The position numbers were made by a program, and so were the translations under genes. A stretch of 64,000 nucleotides of DNA. Source: Eledone cirrhosa (lineage: Eukaryota). This document shows, piece by piece, positions 24,500 through 36,864 of the stretch (position 1 is the stretch's first letter; each line of letters opens with the position of its first letter). The DNA lies in contig OZ024740.1 of NCBI GenBank assembly GCA_964016885.1, forward strand, positions 404,736,001 through 404,800,000. The letters run 5' to 3'. The notes under the pieces are model-generated. The model was not told where the DNA came from. It ran no database searches and saw nothing but the letters and a program-made list of their open reading frames with translations.

Positions 24500-24960
24500 G
24501 ATGATACATTTACACTTGCTAACCTCTACAGCAGATCGCTACTTTTATTACCTGCCCATAGAACAATATCAGATCCAAGTTTGTAGTGGGTTGCTGTTTT
24601 TATCAAAATGTTCAACTAGTGTTTCTTATTCTTTTTTAAAGTGTGGATACATTCTGTTTTCGTGTGCCTTTGGCATGGCCTGCAGATTAATGCTTCCAAT
24701 GGATAGCATTGCAATAGTTTTGGCAGCTGTCATGTCTCATGGAAAGGTATCTCATGGAAAGGTAGTACCTTGTGAACATTTTTAGGTAACTGCTGCTGAT
24801 CTGGGTGATATTTTCCACTCTGGTATGACACCCATTTTCTCTCACAGCGTGGAGGCTTGGAGGTGTTCTTACCTTTCTTTTTGATCTGATATGTAGCAGT
24901 TGTCTCTTGTTACTGAATAGCAAAGGCATATCCTAGGTTATCAGGGATTTAGGAGAGGCT
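24500..24960 (-). mobile_element. R4/Dong-like RLE non-LTR retrotransposon, C-terminal remnant
   Basis: Minus strand: GYAFAIQ*QET, ENITQISSS...RYYLSMRHD (zinc-knuckle/RHD region) and SDIVLW (PD..D-like). Confidence 0.6.
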
Positions 24961-26869
24961 CATCAGGTTGTCATTATTTTTAGTATCCTCTTGCTTGTGG
25001 GATATGTATCCATACATAAATTTCTGTTAAAGTAGGTTAGGGTGGTCCAGGTATATTTCATTTTCATAGGACAGATGTATGCTGAAAGTATCTATTCAGT
25101 TTTTCGCCTAATCTCGAGATGTTATTTTCATTGAGTATACATGTGATGTACTCATTTCTCCCTTCATCTCTCTATTTAATTCTTATGTTACCATATTTTT
25201 AATGACAAACACTGCCCATGATTTCCAAATAACTTGGAAAGATTTACTGATATAACTTGCTCATTTTTAATTTGGTGTTTGGAGCATGACATAAAATTAT
25301 AATATAATAGGTTTTTAGATAAATATAAGCAGCAGTTTCAGATGGGTTAGTATTAAGAGTTAACATAGATCCTATTAGCACCACTGTTTGATATTGAAGT
25401 TATCAATTATAGTTAGTATGTTCTTGTTTTAGTATCTTCAAGTGTCCCATTTGTGTTGCTACTAGCATTGCAAAAGTGTTGAGTTACGGTCATACTGAAT
25501 ATGTACAGTCCTGGTTTCCATACCTTTCAAAGACTGTTGAAATCTTTCTTTGTCATGCTAATATATCTCACTACTAATGTCTGCAACATTCTCATCAATT
25601 CCTGAATAAGTCAACTATCTGTTGTAATATAATGAACTAGCATATACACAATGATTGTGAAAGATTAATCTTTTATGAAGATCATAGTACAAATGACCTA
25701 GTCATTTTTTTTTTTTCAATAAGTAGTGTTAACATTTTGTTATTTATAGCCTATATGTGATATCTAAATACTCATTAGATATTATTGAAAATACAGATGT
25801 CTTTGGATGTTAGGATGACAACTGATTGAAAAGATAAGTCAATAGTTATAATTAACAAGGAAGCTTATGTCATAGTAATCCAGGGGAATGTCTACAATAT
25901 ATTAAAATAAGAGTACTAATAACTTAAGCAAACCTAAGCAATAAAGTTTGTCAAAGATATTATCAAGATATGCTTTCAATTAGGTATTTAACATTTGTAT
26001 TTTAGTTTCCATGTAAAAAATAAGTGGCCAATATTTAAATTCTAGGCTCTAAAGACTGCCGATACAAGCAAGGACGACGAAATATTAAATAGTGGTAATG
26101 AAGATTGGGAGGTATATGTCCACATACAGGGGTATCTTGCTCAATGTCTCTCTTCTGTTTACATCTTCCCCCTCAACTCTACACCCCTTTGATACCCTCT
26201 AATCTCTTTAGCATTCAGCCTTTTCTCATTCTCTGTACCCATCTCACTAGCCATCACTTGCTCTTTCTTTTCTGTTAAGTTACAACTTGTAGCTACCATT
26301 ACTCTTTTCTAATACTCCCCCTCTACGCTCTATCATTCATTACACTCGTACTCACTTTTATTGCTCCCTGTTATAACCGTTTGCCACCCTCTCACAACCG
26401 TTTGCCACCCTCTTAATTGGGACCCTTTTCTTCCAACACTCCTTTCCGTTCTCCTACTCACTTTGATTTTAATTTTGTCATTGCTCTCCCTCCTGATCAT
26501 GTTATCTTGAATGAGCTGAGACAAATTAGAATTGTGAATACTTAGAATTTGTAACACACGGCAACCTTACTAGTGCTTGTATTACAATAAAAAACTTCCA
26601 GTACTCTCTGTAAATAGGTTTGCATCAGGGTGTTTGAGTGTGTATGTACACACACAATCTATTTTATAACTGGAATATGCCTATTACATCTTTTCGTAGT
26701 GCATGTGCAATGTTGACTAAAATCTGCAAATCTGCCAAGTTGTGAAGACAGCACTTGCACAGAAATGTACTCTTGCGATTTTCTGCTCTTTACTTGGTTA
26801 GAATTGATGTCACTTGCTTGTCTAATACTGTTGCTCTTTTACATATACTAATATATATATTTACATATA

Positions 26870-26952
<83 letters not shown>

Positions 26953-27289
26953 CACCACCACCCCCACCCCATCCACACCACCCCGTTCTATGTAAAGTTA
27001 TGTTGGTGCCGCGCCATCCAGGCCGAAACAAATGAGATCGTGTAGGTGTCACGACAAAAAAACACACAGTCCACGCTGTAATGTGGCCGTGTAGGCAACA
27101 CGGTAAAAACCTCCCAGACCCACACTGTAAATGTGGTTGGTGTTAGGAAGGGCATCCAACTGTAGAAAACCTGCCAGACAGTCCTATGCGAGCAAGACAA
27201 TCACTCTTGCCTCAAGTGGGACTACCCCCGTCCAAACCCATGCAAGCGTGGAACACGGGACGTTAAACGTTGTTGATGATGATGATGAT
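26953..27289 (+). mobile_element. RTE LINE, 3'UTR-only copy
   Basis: Near-identical to the reverse complement of 30516-30840. (GAT)n tail. Confidence 0.9.
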
Positions 27290-27394
27290 ATATATATACA
27301 ATTAGATGTATATATATATATACAATTACATGTATATATATATATATATATATATACAATTACATGTATATATATATATATATATATATACAAT

Positions 27395-27470
<76 letters not shown>

Positions 27471-27524
27471 TACATGTATATATATATATATACAATTACA
27501 TGTATATATATATACAATTACATG

Positions 27525-27556
<32 letters not shown>

Positions 27557-28395
27557 CAATTACATGTATATATATATATGTATATATATATATATACAAT
27601 TACATGTATATATATATATATATACAATTACATGTATATATATATATATACAATTACATGTATATATATATATATATACAATTACATGTGTATATATATA
27701 TATATACAATTACATGTGTATATATATATATATACAATTACATGTGTATATATATATATATACAATTACATGTGTATATATATATATATACAATTACATG
27801 TATATATATATATATATACAATTACATGTATATATATATATATATATACAATTACATGTATATATATATATATATACAATTACATGTATATATATATATA
27901 TATACAATTACATGTATATATATATATATATACAATTACATGTATATATATATATATATACAATTACATGTATATATATATATATATACAATTACATGTA
28001 TATATATATATATATACAATTACATGTATATATATATATATATACAATTACATGTATATATATATATATACAATTACATGTATATATATATATATACAAT
28101 TACATGTGTGTATATATATATATACAATTACATGTGTATATATATATATATACAATTACATGTGTATATATATATATATATACAATTACATGTATATATA
28201 TATATATATACAATTACATGTATATATATATATATATATACAATTACATGTATATATATATATATATACAATTACATGTATATATATATATATATACAAT
28301 TACATGTATATATATATATATATACAATTACATGTATATATATATATATATACAATTACATGTGTATATATATATATATACAATTACATGTGTAT

Positions 28396-29361
28396 ATCAT
28401 CATCACCGTTTTACGTCCGTTCTTCCACGCTAGCATGGGTTAGACGGGTTGTCCTGTTGTGGGCAGTGTCTGGTCGGCTGACCATGCCTTGCTCATACAG
28501 GAACTGATCTGGCTTGATTTCTACAGCTGGATGCCCTTCCTAACACCAACCTCATTTACAGTGAGTGCTGGGTGCTTTTTCGTGGCGCCTACACGTCCAC
28601 TTTACAGTGTGGGCTGGGTGCTTTTTTGCCGTGGCACCTCCACGACCACCTTGCGGTGGGGGGGGGGGGGGCATATTGTTTATATGCTTCAGCATGTACC
28701 CATGGGAGGTCGGGTACCCTGTATTACTGCGTGACGCCAGAAGTCACGGTCGTGTGTCATTGACTTTGAGAGGTGTAGTTGGGTAAGGTCGGCTTTTATC
28801 ACCTCATCCCAAGTCATCTTGGGTCTCCCCACTCCGCGGTTTCCATCAACTTCTAGTGCTCTGCACCTTTTTATGCAGCTGTCATCCTTCATACGCATCA
28901 CATGTCCATACCAGCGTAACCGCCTCTCCTGCACGCAGCATTTGATTCCTCTTATGCTCAGTCTCTCTCTCAATTCATTTATGCTTTGTCGTTCACGTAT
29001 ATTACTGTTACACATCCATCGGAGCATGCAGGCTTCGTTTCTCTCTAATCTACGTAAGTCTTCCACCTTCAGCGCCCAGGTCTCACTACCATGCAACATC
29101 GCTGTTCGGATACACGCATCATACAGTCTGCCTTTCATTCTGAGGGAGAAGCCTTTTGCAGCTAGCAGTGGTAGTAGTTCCCTAAACTTCTTCCATCCCG
29201 TTCTTACCCTAGTTATTGTACTTTCTGAGCACCCACCTCCGTTGCTAATTCGGTCACCTAGGTAGCAGAAGCTGTCTACTGTTTCTACAGGGCCCTCCCA
29301 GAGATTGGTGGTACTTGTTTCCTGTGGCTGTTTGCTTGCTGTTTCAGCACAGCTGCTGCAT
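28396..29361 (-). mobile_element. 5'-truncated RTE LINE (open ORF C-terminus ending at 28689, plus 3'UTR)
   Basis: [62 protein letters not shown]. (GAT)n tail. Confidence 0.92.
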
Positions 29362-30515
29362 TGTATATATATATATATATACAATTACATGTATATATAT
29401 ATATATATACAATTACATGTATATATATATATATATATATACAATTACATGTATATATATATATATATATATACAATTACATGTATATATATATATATAT
29501 ATATACAATTACATGTATATATATATATATATATATACAATTACATGTATGTATATATATATATATATACAATTACATGTATATATATATATATATATAC
29601 AATTACATGTATATATATATATATATACAATTACATGTATATATATATATATATATACAATTACATGTATATATATATATATATATATACAATTACATGT
29701 ATATATATATATATATATACAATTACATGTATATATATATATATATACAATTACATGTATATATATATATATATACAATTACATGTATATATATATATAT
29801 ATACAATTACATGTATATATATATATATATACAATTACATGTATATATATATATATATACAATTACATGTATATATATATATATATACAATTACATGTAT
29901 ATATATATATATAATTACATGTATATATATATATACAATTACATGTATATATATATATACAATTACATGTATATATATATATACAATTACATGTATATAT
30001 ATATATATACAATTACATGTATATATATATATATACAATTACATGTATATATATATATATACAATTACATGTATGTATATATATACAATTACATGTATAT
30101 ATATATATATATATATATACAATTACATGTATATATATATATATATACAATTACATGTATATATATATATATATATATACAATTACATGTATATATATAT
30201 ATATATACAATTACATGTATATATATATATATATATACAGTTACATGTATATATATATATATATAGTTACATGTATATATATATATATATACAGTTACAT
30301 GTATATATATATATATATATACAGTTACATGTATATATATATATATATATACAGTTACATGTATATATATATATATATATACAATTACATGTATATATAT
30401 ATATATATATACAGTTACATGTATATATATATACAGTTACATGTATATATATATATATATACAATTACATGTATATATATATACAATTACATGTATATAT
30501 ATATACAATTACATG

Positions 30516-31580
30516 TCATCATCATCATCATCAACGTTTAACGTCCGTGTTCCACGCTTGCATGGGTTTGGAAGGGGGTAGTCCCACTTGAGGCAAGAGT
30601 GATTGTCTTGCTCGCATAGGACTGTCTGGCAAGTTTTCTACAGTTGGATGCCCTTCCTAACACCAACCACATTTACAGTGTGGGTCTGGGAGGTTTTTAC
30701 CGTGTTGCCTACACGGCCACATTACAGCGTGGACTGTGTTTTTTTGTCGTGACACCTACACGATCTCATTTGTTTCGGCCTGGATGTTGTGGTACCAACA
30801 TAACTTTACATAGAACGGGGTGGGGTGGTGGTGGTGGTGGGATGGGGTGTATTTTGTTAGAGATGCCTACTGGCTGGAGTAGGTTTTACTATATATTTAG
30901 GTAAGGCGGGTCTTCTCTGTTACTGAGTACCGCCAAAGGTCTCGGTCCAGTGACATTGTCTTGGAGAGGTGTAAGTGTGTGATGTCGGAGTTTATCAGCT
31001 CGTCCCAGGTTTTTCTAGGTCTGCCTATTCCGTGACTACCGTCTATCTTTATTGCCCTGCACTTTGTTATACAGCTATCGACTTTCATGCGCATCACGTG
31101 TCCATACCAACGTAGCCTTCTCTCGAGTAAACAACATCTGATCCCTCTTATCTCTAATTTTTCCCTTTGTTCGTTTATGCTTTGCCGTTCACGTATATTA
31201 CTGTTACACATCCAGCGGAGCATGCAAGCTTCGTTCCTCTCTAGTCTGCCTATATCCTCTGCACACAATGCCCAGGTCTCACTGCCATGCAGCATTGCTG
31301 TTCGTATGCAGGCATCGTACAACCTGCCTTTCATTTTTAGGGAGGACCCTTTAGCAGCTAATAGTGGTATAAGCTCTCTGAACTTTTTCCAACCAGTTCT
31401 GACTCTAGCTACAGTACTTTCAGAGCACCCTCCCCCACTGCTGATTTTATCGCCCAGGTAACGGAAGCTGTCCACTATTTCTATAGAACCCTCTGCGCAA
31501 TTGAAGGAGCTAGTATTTTGTGTGCACTTGCTGCTACTTATTGCACCAGAACACCGGCCACATGTAAAATCTATGTTCAT
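30516..31580 (-). mobile_element. 5'-truncated RTE LINE (open ORF C-terminus ending at 30897, plus 3'UTR)
   Basis: [45 protein letters not shown]. (GAT)n tail. Confidence 0.92.
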
Positions 31581-31789
31581 ATATACAATTACATGTATAT
31601 ATATATATATATATATACAATTACATGTATATATATATATATATACAATTACATGTATATATATATATATATACAATTACATGTATATATATATATATAT
31701 ACAATTACATGTATATATATATATATATACAATTACATGTATATATATATATATATACAATTACATGTATATATATATATATATACAAT

Positions 31790-31820
<31 letters not shown>

Positions 31821-31856
31821 ACAATTACATATACTAATATATATATATATATACAT

Positions 31857-32022
31857 CCCACACTGTAAATGTGGTTGGTGTTAGGAAGGGCATCCAGCTG
31901 TAGAAAACCCGCCAGACAGTCCTATGCGAGCAAGACAACCACTCTTGCCTCAAGTGGGAAAACTCCCGTCCAAACCCATGCAAGCATGGAACATGGACGT
32001 TAAACGATGATGATGATGATGA
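31857..32022 (+). mobile_element. RTE LINE 3'UTR fragment
   Basis: CCCACACTGTAAATGTGGTTGGTGTTAGGAAGGGCATCCAGCTGTAG...(GAT)n. Confidence 0.88.
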
Positions 32023-32037
32023 TTACAAATACTAATA

Positions 32038-32069
<32 letters not shown>

Positions 32070-33769
32070 CATTTACAAATACTAATATATATATATATAT
32101 ATACATTTACAAATACTAATATATATATATATATATATACATTTGCAAATACTAATATATATATATACATTTACAAATACTAATATATATATTTACATAT
32201 ACTAATATATATATACATTTACATATACTAATATATATACACATTTACATATACTAATATATATTACATTTACATATACTAATGCCTCTTTACAATACAC
32301 AGATCAGGGAGTGTCTACATAATCACATGTATACACCCTTTATACAGAGTACATTAAGCACACAAACTTCAACATTCTTTTACACACGCACACCCATACT
32401 ATTTTATTATATATATATATATATATATATAATTGTGTGTGTATATAATTTTTACGTTGGCTTTTCCATGCTTGCACACATACTCTCTTTCACTGACACA
32501 TGTACAATTATACATACATTTGATTGCTTGAAACAGCCACTCATCCACACCAGGGATCCTTTATGTAAATGTTTCACATGTGTATACTCATATATGCAAA
32601 AATATACACAAAAACATCAATAACATGTAGACACATTAAAACAAACTTCCAACTCAGCCACACATTTAAATTTAGACATCAATTAAGGAGTTTGTACATG
32701 ATCACTTGACATGCTGTAAACAGCAGTAAAATTAAATTCAAATCCTAACCTATTGGCTTTAAGAAAACGCATAACATATTAAATGTTTCAGTCTTAGATA
32801 TATTATGTCCAAATAAGACAAGATAGTCACACTTGGAACACCATTCATCATAAGTCTGTTGGATCAGGGCTGGCCTGGGACTAAACAACCATCATCATAA
32901 TGTGCACACACACATTCACACAAATGAATACAACTAAATGTATATCATGTTTATCATTTACAATTTTAAATCACAGTGTGTGTATATATACTTAGTCATT
33001 TTATGTTCGTTTTCCATGCTGACATAGATTGAATAGGTTGTTACAGTCCTGTTTTTATTTAGTTACTGCCCTTCCTAGATATGTTGGAGAACCCTGTCTC
33101 ACTGATACATTCCATTTCTGTGGCTGGATGCTCTTCCTAACACCAACCACTTTGCAAAGTATACTAAATGATGGATGAGGAATAGATATTAACAAAAAGT
33201 CTCATGCTTGAGTGAGGGAGTTAAACTCATATGAATATAGACAATCTAATGTTGAGGTATAGGGGTCATGTTGTGAGAGAAAGAGGTAGTGTTAATGATA
33301 ATGAGTGATAAAGATAATGGTGGGGGATTGGATACAAACAAACCTGGTGCCTTATTCAGTCACTGTGGTACATTGAGTAGTATAAAGGGTGGTAGATGGG
33401 AGAGTATTAAATAGGGCTGTTGATGGAAACATAAGAGTATAGTGGGTAATCAGTTGAGAGAATGTCTATACCACCTGAATTTAAATTTGGATAGACTGTC
33501 TGGCAGTTAAGGAAATATTGAGTGGAATAAATCCAGCACGTTTACATCTGTCCCTCTCTCTTTATCACTAAAGAAAAAAATATGTAAGACTTTACCTCTT
33601 TGTTGCCCCCCTTTTGAAGTCCTAGCAGCTAACTGTGAAAAATAGAGAACTGTCTGCCATGAAGGTATAAAGAACTTTGAAAAGTCTTGTGATCTAAGAT
33701 CTAACACCAAGATCCGATCAAACCTTCCCGCCTGCTCTGCTTAAAATCCTGTCATCTGCACTAAATGTG

Positions 33770-34260
33770 GCTTGTGTAAATTAAGAGCTGGACTAAAGTG
33801 CCATGGACATGGACATTCCCAAAACATAGCTAGAACTATTACTTCTACTGGCAATGTAATCAAGAGATTATTATGATTGTATACAAAGTGGTGATGTTAC
33901 ATGGTAGTGAAACATAGGCAGTAAATGCTGTGGATGTGTAAAGACCAGAAAAAAATGAAACAACCATTCTCTGTTAAAATTATAATATGTGCATAAATGA
34001 CTGAACACAAATGAGCTGAGATAAGGAATCAGATGGAACAAGCAAAAGAGAAGTCTAAGCTGGTATGGACATATGATGTATATGGAGGATGACAGTTGTC
34101 TTAAGTGCCAAGGAACCCATAGAAGTGGAAAATGAAAGACTAAGATTTGAAAGCTGATCTCAAGAAGTTCAACCTCACAAAGATAACACTGGACTGCAGC
34201 AAATAGTTTGCCACTGTTGTTAAAGACCTATTCAAGCTTGGAAAAGCAAATGTACACAAT
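33770..34260 (+). mobile_element. Old, degenerate RTE LINE 3' ORF remnant
   Basis: MLHGSET*AV and LSWYGHMMYMEDDSC, homologous to the ORFs ending at 28689 and 30897. Confidence 0.7.
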
Positions 34261-35304
34261 GTGTATGTACACATATATACAATGTATATATAATTTCCCA
34301 GAGCACATATACCTACATCTTTACACAGGATGCTTACACACACAAATTTCCTCCTTCCCTTTCCAACATTTCCTCACATCTCTTTTTGCTGTAAAAGATC
34401 ATTCTACACACTTTTGTTCGCTCCTTCCATTTTTATTCACCATTGTCTGATGTAAACATTGGTTGTTTTCTATTCCTGATGATAGATGACTGTCTGAAAC
34501 ATTGCATTCTCCTCTTTCTTCCTCACAATCATTAATTTGTAGTCTTGCTTGTTGTTTTTCTTTTCTCCCAAGACTTTTTTTTTATATTCTATTAATATGC
34601 TGATGCATACTAACAGGATTGTCACTGGATTAACATTTTTATTCTTTGGTGTAGTAACTTCAAAACCTTGTGCTTGCTGATTGGTCAACTGGTTTTTTAA
34701 AGTATTTCATGACTATATACTACTTAGGCTGTCATATCTTCTTCAAGACTTAAAGCACTCTCTCTACCTTACATTCTCTGTTTAATAGCTGACTAAAGTG
34801 CACTTGGTATACTTTATCATGGCACTAACAACAAAAAGGATGTCTTGTCAAGAGTAGGGTATGTTCTGGTCTGAAATTAAAAATGCTTTTAATCTTAACT
34901 GAAGCCCTGGAAAGGAATTATTTCCATGAATGCACCACAAGTGACTCTCCAAACCTGTCTTGTTATATAACAGCTGACAATTTCTATTTACATAATGTTA
35001 AATGCCCTTTCACAAAAAAACCTTCATTTATATTTATGTTGTCATTCATTTAATATCTTATTAGATAAAAGATTTCAGTTGTTTCTTTGACGGTAGGAAT
35101 GTTTCAATAACATTTGCTCCTTTGTAAAGGGTATTTCCAACTGTTAGAACTCCTCCCCATTGTACTTGTAGGAGAAAATGGGTAAACAATTTGTATACAA
35201 AGATTTAATGCAATAGCTATAGGAAGGTTTGATCTTTTGTCCTTGAAGTTATATTTTTTTTATATGCTTTCTTCTATCCGATTTCTTAAGATTACCATCG
35301 TACA

Positions 35305-35338
<34 letters not shown>

Positions 35339-36864
35339 AAAAATAGATGTTTGTCAGCAATCATTTTCACCTGCTATCTTCAATTTCATTTAAGATACAA
35401 TTTGGATTTGAACCAATAACTTAAACTGATTTTTAATACAAATTGTAATATTTCTACATTTAGGATTAGTCATGTATTTAATGAACTTGGTTTGGCTCAG
35501 TGTCCACCAATATTTTATTTTCCATTTTTATTTTGAAAAAATTATGAAGCAATGTCAAAAATATTCAATTAATGCCTAAGATGTACAATCATCATTTTCT
35601 GTCATACACTAGCAATAATCATTGCAAGTAAAAGCCAGAAGCATGAAATTCTTTAACCAAGGTGGCATTTCTGTTGATAATGTTTAATGTATGAAACTGG
35701 AAGGAGTTAAACTCTATTATATGGTCCATCTTGCATACAAGTGTATAAAAATTAGTTTTTATTAGACAAAATAATATTTTTAGTTTTCTATCCATCTAAG
35801 TATATTTTTTATGTTACAAAATTAGAAATACTTTCAATTACCGATTCTCCTGATTTGCAGAGGCTTCAATATCATGGATGCACCCATTTGAGTTGTAAAA
35901 TTTTGGCAAAAAATAAAACGTTTAGTCTAATGACTAATCTAACCTTTATCCTTCAAGACTTTCCAGACTTATTTTGGGAGGAAAGTAGTCTTCCATGCCG
36001 GGAGATACAGCATGTATGCTATGTTAATTCTTTTCCAAATGTCTATTTTTTAATTTATAAAGTGAATTTCTCTTTATTTTTATTCATCAATTATTAACAA
36101 TTATACTTTAGTTAATTACATTAATGGGCTGACAATGTTTAACTAGGATCATGAAGAATGGTTATGATATAAGTAACAGCTCTCTCCACTCATAAGTTCC
36201 TTATAACTATAGAACTGATCCATCTTGCTCGACTTTATTTGGCATCAACCTAATTGTATACTGATTTTGTGATTGCCTAGCTAACTTTTAATATCTGCTG
36301 TGACAATATTTTGTAGTTCAAAATAAATCTGAGCTAAGGTTTTTCCAATATGATCTTTCATTTATGACTTCACTTTTAGTCCTGCTTCTGTCTTGGTTTT
36401 CAAATGACTTATGCTGTTCCTGCTCTGAACATTGTTGTGAAAATACTTGTTTTAAGTAGCTACTGCTAAATAGATTGATTGCATTAGTGATTTTAAACTG
36501 ACTTAATTTATGAAAATCCTTCACTCTCACTAAAAAAAAATAAAAATGTTATTTTTATTAAGCCAGATTAATTCTGACTGTACAAAGCAGATTTTGTAGG
36601 TGTTAACAAGTTTAGTTGCTGTGAGGAGTGGGAAAACTTGATGTTTTGGAGGAAAGTCCTTTAACAAGGAATTAAAAAAAGTGAATCAGTTAAATGCTAG
36701 GGAGTCAGTAGATGAGATGAAGGGTGGATCAGAACTGAGTCAGTGAGGAAGCAAGCTGATTCTCCCCATACAAACAATAGTTAGGTTTCTGCCATACTCA
36801 GTATTTTAAGATATAGAACATTTTTCTAAAAATTTGGTCAACTTATTTGATATGTTCCTTTTTC

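Larger units (their letters stand above)
26838..32285. repeat. Satellite complex: outer TTTACA(T/A)ATACTAAT(AT)n minisatellite, inner CAATTACATG(TA)n arrays, four RTE insertions
   Basis: Inner arrays at ~27290-28395, ~29362-30515 and ~31580-31830, roughly 100 units in total. Outer units at 26838-26900 and 32023-32283. Confidence 0.95.

Noticed and set aside
27290-30515. Repeat-spacer (CRISPR-like) appearance of CAATTACATG units
   Set aside because: The 'spacers' are just variable-length (TA)n.
27131-30591. Long ORFs of up to 458 aa rich in [12 protein letters not shown]
   Set aside because: Translations of the CAATTACATG(TA)n satellite, which has almost no + strand stops. No coding signal.
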